Shown here one piece after another: positions 61,923 through 64,000 of a DNA stretch of 64,000 nt. The stretch's first letter is position 1. Each line of letters begins with the position of its first letter. This DNA is from Caecitellus pseudoparvulus (lineage: Eukaryota; Protista; Bigyra: Bicosoecida), in assembly GCA_965644315.1 (NCBI GenBank), contig CBFFRQ010000077.1:1-64000 (forward strand), given 5' to 3'. The notes under the pieces are model-generated. The model had not been told where the DNA came from and ran no database searches. It worked only from the letters and a program-made list of their open reading frames with translations. The position numbers were made by a program, and so were the translations under genes.

Positions 61923-63998
61923 TCACACCAGCAAGGCACTCCACGTTTCAATGCCAGCCCCCACCGCGGCCACTGCTGCCGCCTCCTCCCACCCGAGAGC
62001 CATGAACACACCCGGAACATCCAGCGCAGCGCCATGGGCGCCGGAGCACAGCATGCGGGCCGTGGCCAGGGCGGTGTCAGTGTCACTCTCGCTCCGCTCA
62101 GCTGCAGCCAGCACTACTTCGGCCAGAACGCCACTCTCAGCCGGCGCCACCGCGGGCAGCGCTGCCACGAGCGCGGCTGCGATCGCAGTTGCTGTGCTGC
62201 GTTGCGCAGCTCGGGCCGCCGCGTCTGCTGCTGCCTTGTGCGCTGCCTGCGTGGCTGCTGCGTTGGCCGCCACGGCAGCTTCCAGCGCAGCCATGTCGTC
62301 ATCCTCCTCCTCTGGCGCGGTGACCGGCGCCGCCACACGCTTCTTCTTGGAGCGCTTCTTGCCCCTGCCCTTGCCCTTGGGCTTGGCCTGCTGTGCGCTT
62401 CCTTGGGCAGCTGACACTGAGCGCGAGGGTGGTGCTGTGTCAGCCCGTGCATCTGTGACTCCTGGAGGCACAGTGGGTGACTCGCACCCTGCGCCCGCCT
62501 CCACTGTCCCCACAAACTCTGAGGCGCCACATGCACCTTGGTCAGCTGCAAGCAGGGTGGGTGTGTCTTCGGCTGGGGCTGCGTCGGATGTGCTGCGTTT
62601 CGAGGCAGGCGTTGACTCGCTGGTCTGTCGCGGCCGCCTGCTCACCCAAGCTCGGCGCAACTGGCGGTATGCACTTAGCAGCTCGGCGTGGCTGGGCTTC
62701 TTGGTGACGAAGGGTATGCGGCGAATGCGCGGGTCTGTGCGGGGGAGAGGCAGGCTCCCATCCCCCGTGGCAACGGCCGTGGCACCGCTTGCACCCTGCT
62801 CGGCTGGTGCGACGTGCTCGGCTGGCAGGGGCGGCGGCGCCACTGCTGCTGGCGGGCGCCACACCTGTCCCCCGGGCAGTGCGTCGAACGCCGCCGCGGC
62901 AGCGACAGCAGCTGGCGCCAGGGGGGTGTACGTGTGCACGTGGGTGAGGCGGCCTGCGGCACTGTCTGGCATGCCGCCCCCACTGCCGTGCAGAATGCCC
63001 ACAGTGCCCTTGGAGGCCCCGACGAAGATGTGCGAGCAGCGGTCCAGCAGCGGTCGCCAGGAGGCCAGCAGCTCGTGCACCTTGACGGCCAGGTGCACTT
63101 CGTTGGCACGTCGCATTTGCGAGCCGATGCTGCGTGGGCGACCGCCACCTGTGTTGTCGCGGCGACTCTGGGCGCCGCCCTGCTTGGCCCGGTTGGTGTA
63201 GGCCCGCATGGTCTTGTGCAGGACACAGGTGTGGCCACAGGCGTGGTGGGAGGCGTGGGGCGGCCACTCGCCAGTGGGCAGCGTGCGCGCTCGCGCTGCG
63301 ACCAGGTCCTGCGCCACATCGACCAAGTCAACAGGCGTGACGTCAGCTGACTGGTCCAGCGCCGACAGTGTCGCCCACGCTGTCGCCTGCCGCTGTGCAT
63401 CGCTGCCAGAGACGCTGCTGGAGGGTGCACTGCCACTGCCGCCCTCTGCTGCTTCCTCTGCCGCTGCGGTGAGGGCGGCGTCAGCTGCCGCCTTGACAGC
63501 TTTGGGCAGTTGAGGGGGGGCGGCCTGGAAGACTCCCGCTGAGAAGGCGCCTGACCGGAACAGCAGCACTGCCCACAGGGCTCTGGGCCCGCCAGTGAGG
63601 ACGTCCGTGGGCATGGCAATGCAGGGTGGGAGCGAGGGATGTTCGTGCAGAACAGAGGCGAAGTTGCCGAAGTCGGCAGGCAGCAAGCACTTGTGCACGT
63701 GGGTGAGGCGGTCTCCCAGTGCTGCCTCGCCGCTCCCTGGCGCTGTCAACAGCAGGCTGGCCACGGGTGAATGCTGCCACAGTCTGCGTGCCGTGGCCTC
63801 CACTTCCTCTGCCGCAGAGGATTCGTGGGAGGACACACGGCTCAGGAGGGGCGGCGGAGACGGCAGCCCGCCGAGAGCCTGGCCGTGCGGCACCGCTGCA
63901 GAGAGCGTCGCCGCGTGTTCGGGGCTCTTGAAGTGTTCGCGCTGGGCAGCGACGTCAGGGAATGTCAGCCCGCACTTGCGGCATGTGGGCTGCCCCAT
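61923..63998 (-). CDS. ANKZF1: Vms1/ANKZF1-like VLRF1 peptidyl-tRNA release/tRNA-cleavage factor; start is at the window edge and may extend upstream
   Basis: C2H2 finger CRKC..HFKSPEH, HKTMRAYTNRAKQGGAQS, SIGSQMRRANE and DPRIRRIPFVTKKP. Confidence 0.85.
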   Translation of the reverse strand: MGQPTCRKCGLTFPDVAAQREHFKSPEHAATLSAAVPHGQALGGLPSPPPLLSRVSSHESSAAEEVEATARRLWQHSPVASLLLTAPGSGEAALGDRLTHVHKCLLPADFGNFASVLHEHPSLPPCIAMPTDVLTGGPRALWAVLLFRSGAFSAGVFQAAPPQLPKAVKAAADAALTAAAEEAAEGGSGSAPSSSVSGSDAQRQATAWATLSALDQSADVTPVDLVDVAQDLVAARARTLPTGEWPPHASHHACGHTCVLHKTMRAYTNRAKQGGAQSRRDNTGGGRPRSIGSQMRRANEVHLAVKVHELLASWRPLLDRCSHIFVGASKGTVGILHGSGGGMPDSAAGRLTHVHTYTPLAPAAVAAAAAFDALPGGQVWRPPAAVAPPPLPAEHVAPAEQGASGATAVATGDGSLPLPRTDPRIRRIPFVTKKPSHAELLSAYRQLRRAWVSRRPRQTSESTPASKRSTSDAAPAEDTPTLLAADQGACGASEFVGTVEAGAGCESPTVPPGVTDARADTAPPSRSVSAAQGSAQQAKPKGKGRGKKRSKKKRVAAPVTAPEEEDDDMAALEAAVAANAAATQAAHKAAADAAARAAQRSTATAIAAALVAALPAVAPAESGVLAEVVLAAAERSESDTDTALATARMLCSGAHGAALDVPGVFMALGWEEAAAVAAVGAGIETWSALLV

Positions 63999-64000
63999 GG

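Overview
Gene-dense, high-GC eukaryotic DNA with about 24 protein-coding genes, short (about 60-90 nt) GT-AG introns and very short intergenic gaps. The likely source is a heterotrophic protist, possibly a stramenopile (inference only). Recognisable housekeeping genes are ZC3H15/Tma46-like, HIBADH, DHX8/Prp22, an SPX-ankyrin-GDPD (Gde1-like), TERT, mitochondrial IF2, a HAD-IIA phosphatase, MRI1, BUD13, a CTL/SLC44 transporter, PEX11, DOLPP1 and ANKZF1/Vms1. The most striking feature is a tandem pair at 46.5-59.3 kb. Gene A is an intronless 3133-aa protein fusing an Asteroid/FAM120-type XPG/PIN nuclease (acidic active site intact) to a Spindle-E/TDRD9-like DExH helicase and three C-terminal repeats. 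Gene B, directly upstream, is a helicase-less paralogue with a degenerate active site. The two are otherwise highly diverged but share one nearly identical ~765-bp block. Other oddities include a 7-bladed WD40 propeller split by eight KEG/HERC2-type SH3-like repeats, a DFRP1 with no zinc fingers, an SPX domain lacking its lysine cluster, a eukaryotic PrsW protease, and a multi-TM hybrid histidine kinase with a split receiver domain. I found no rRNA, tRNA, CRISPR array or bona fide mobile element. Family assignments come from motif recognition by eye, not database searches.
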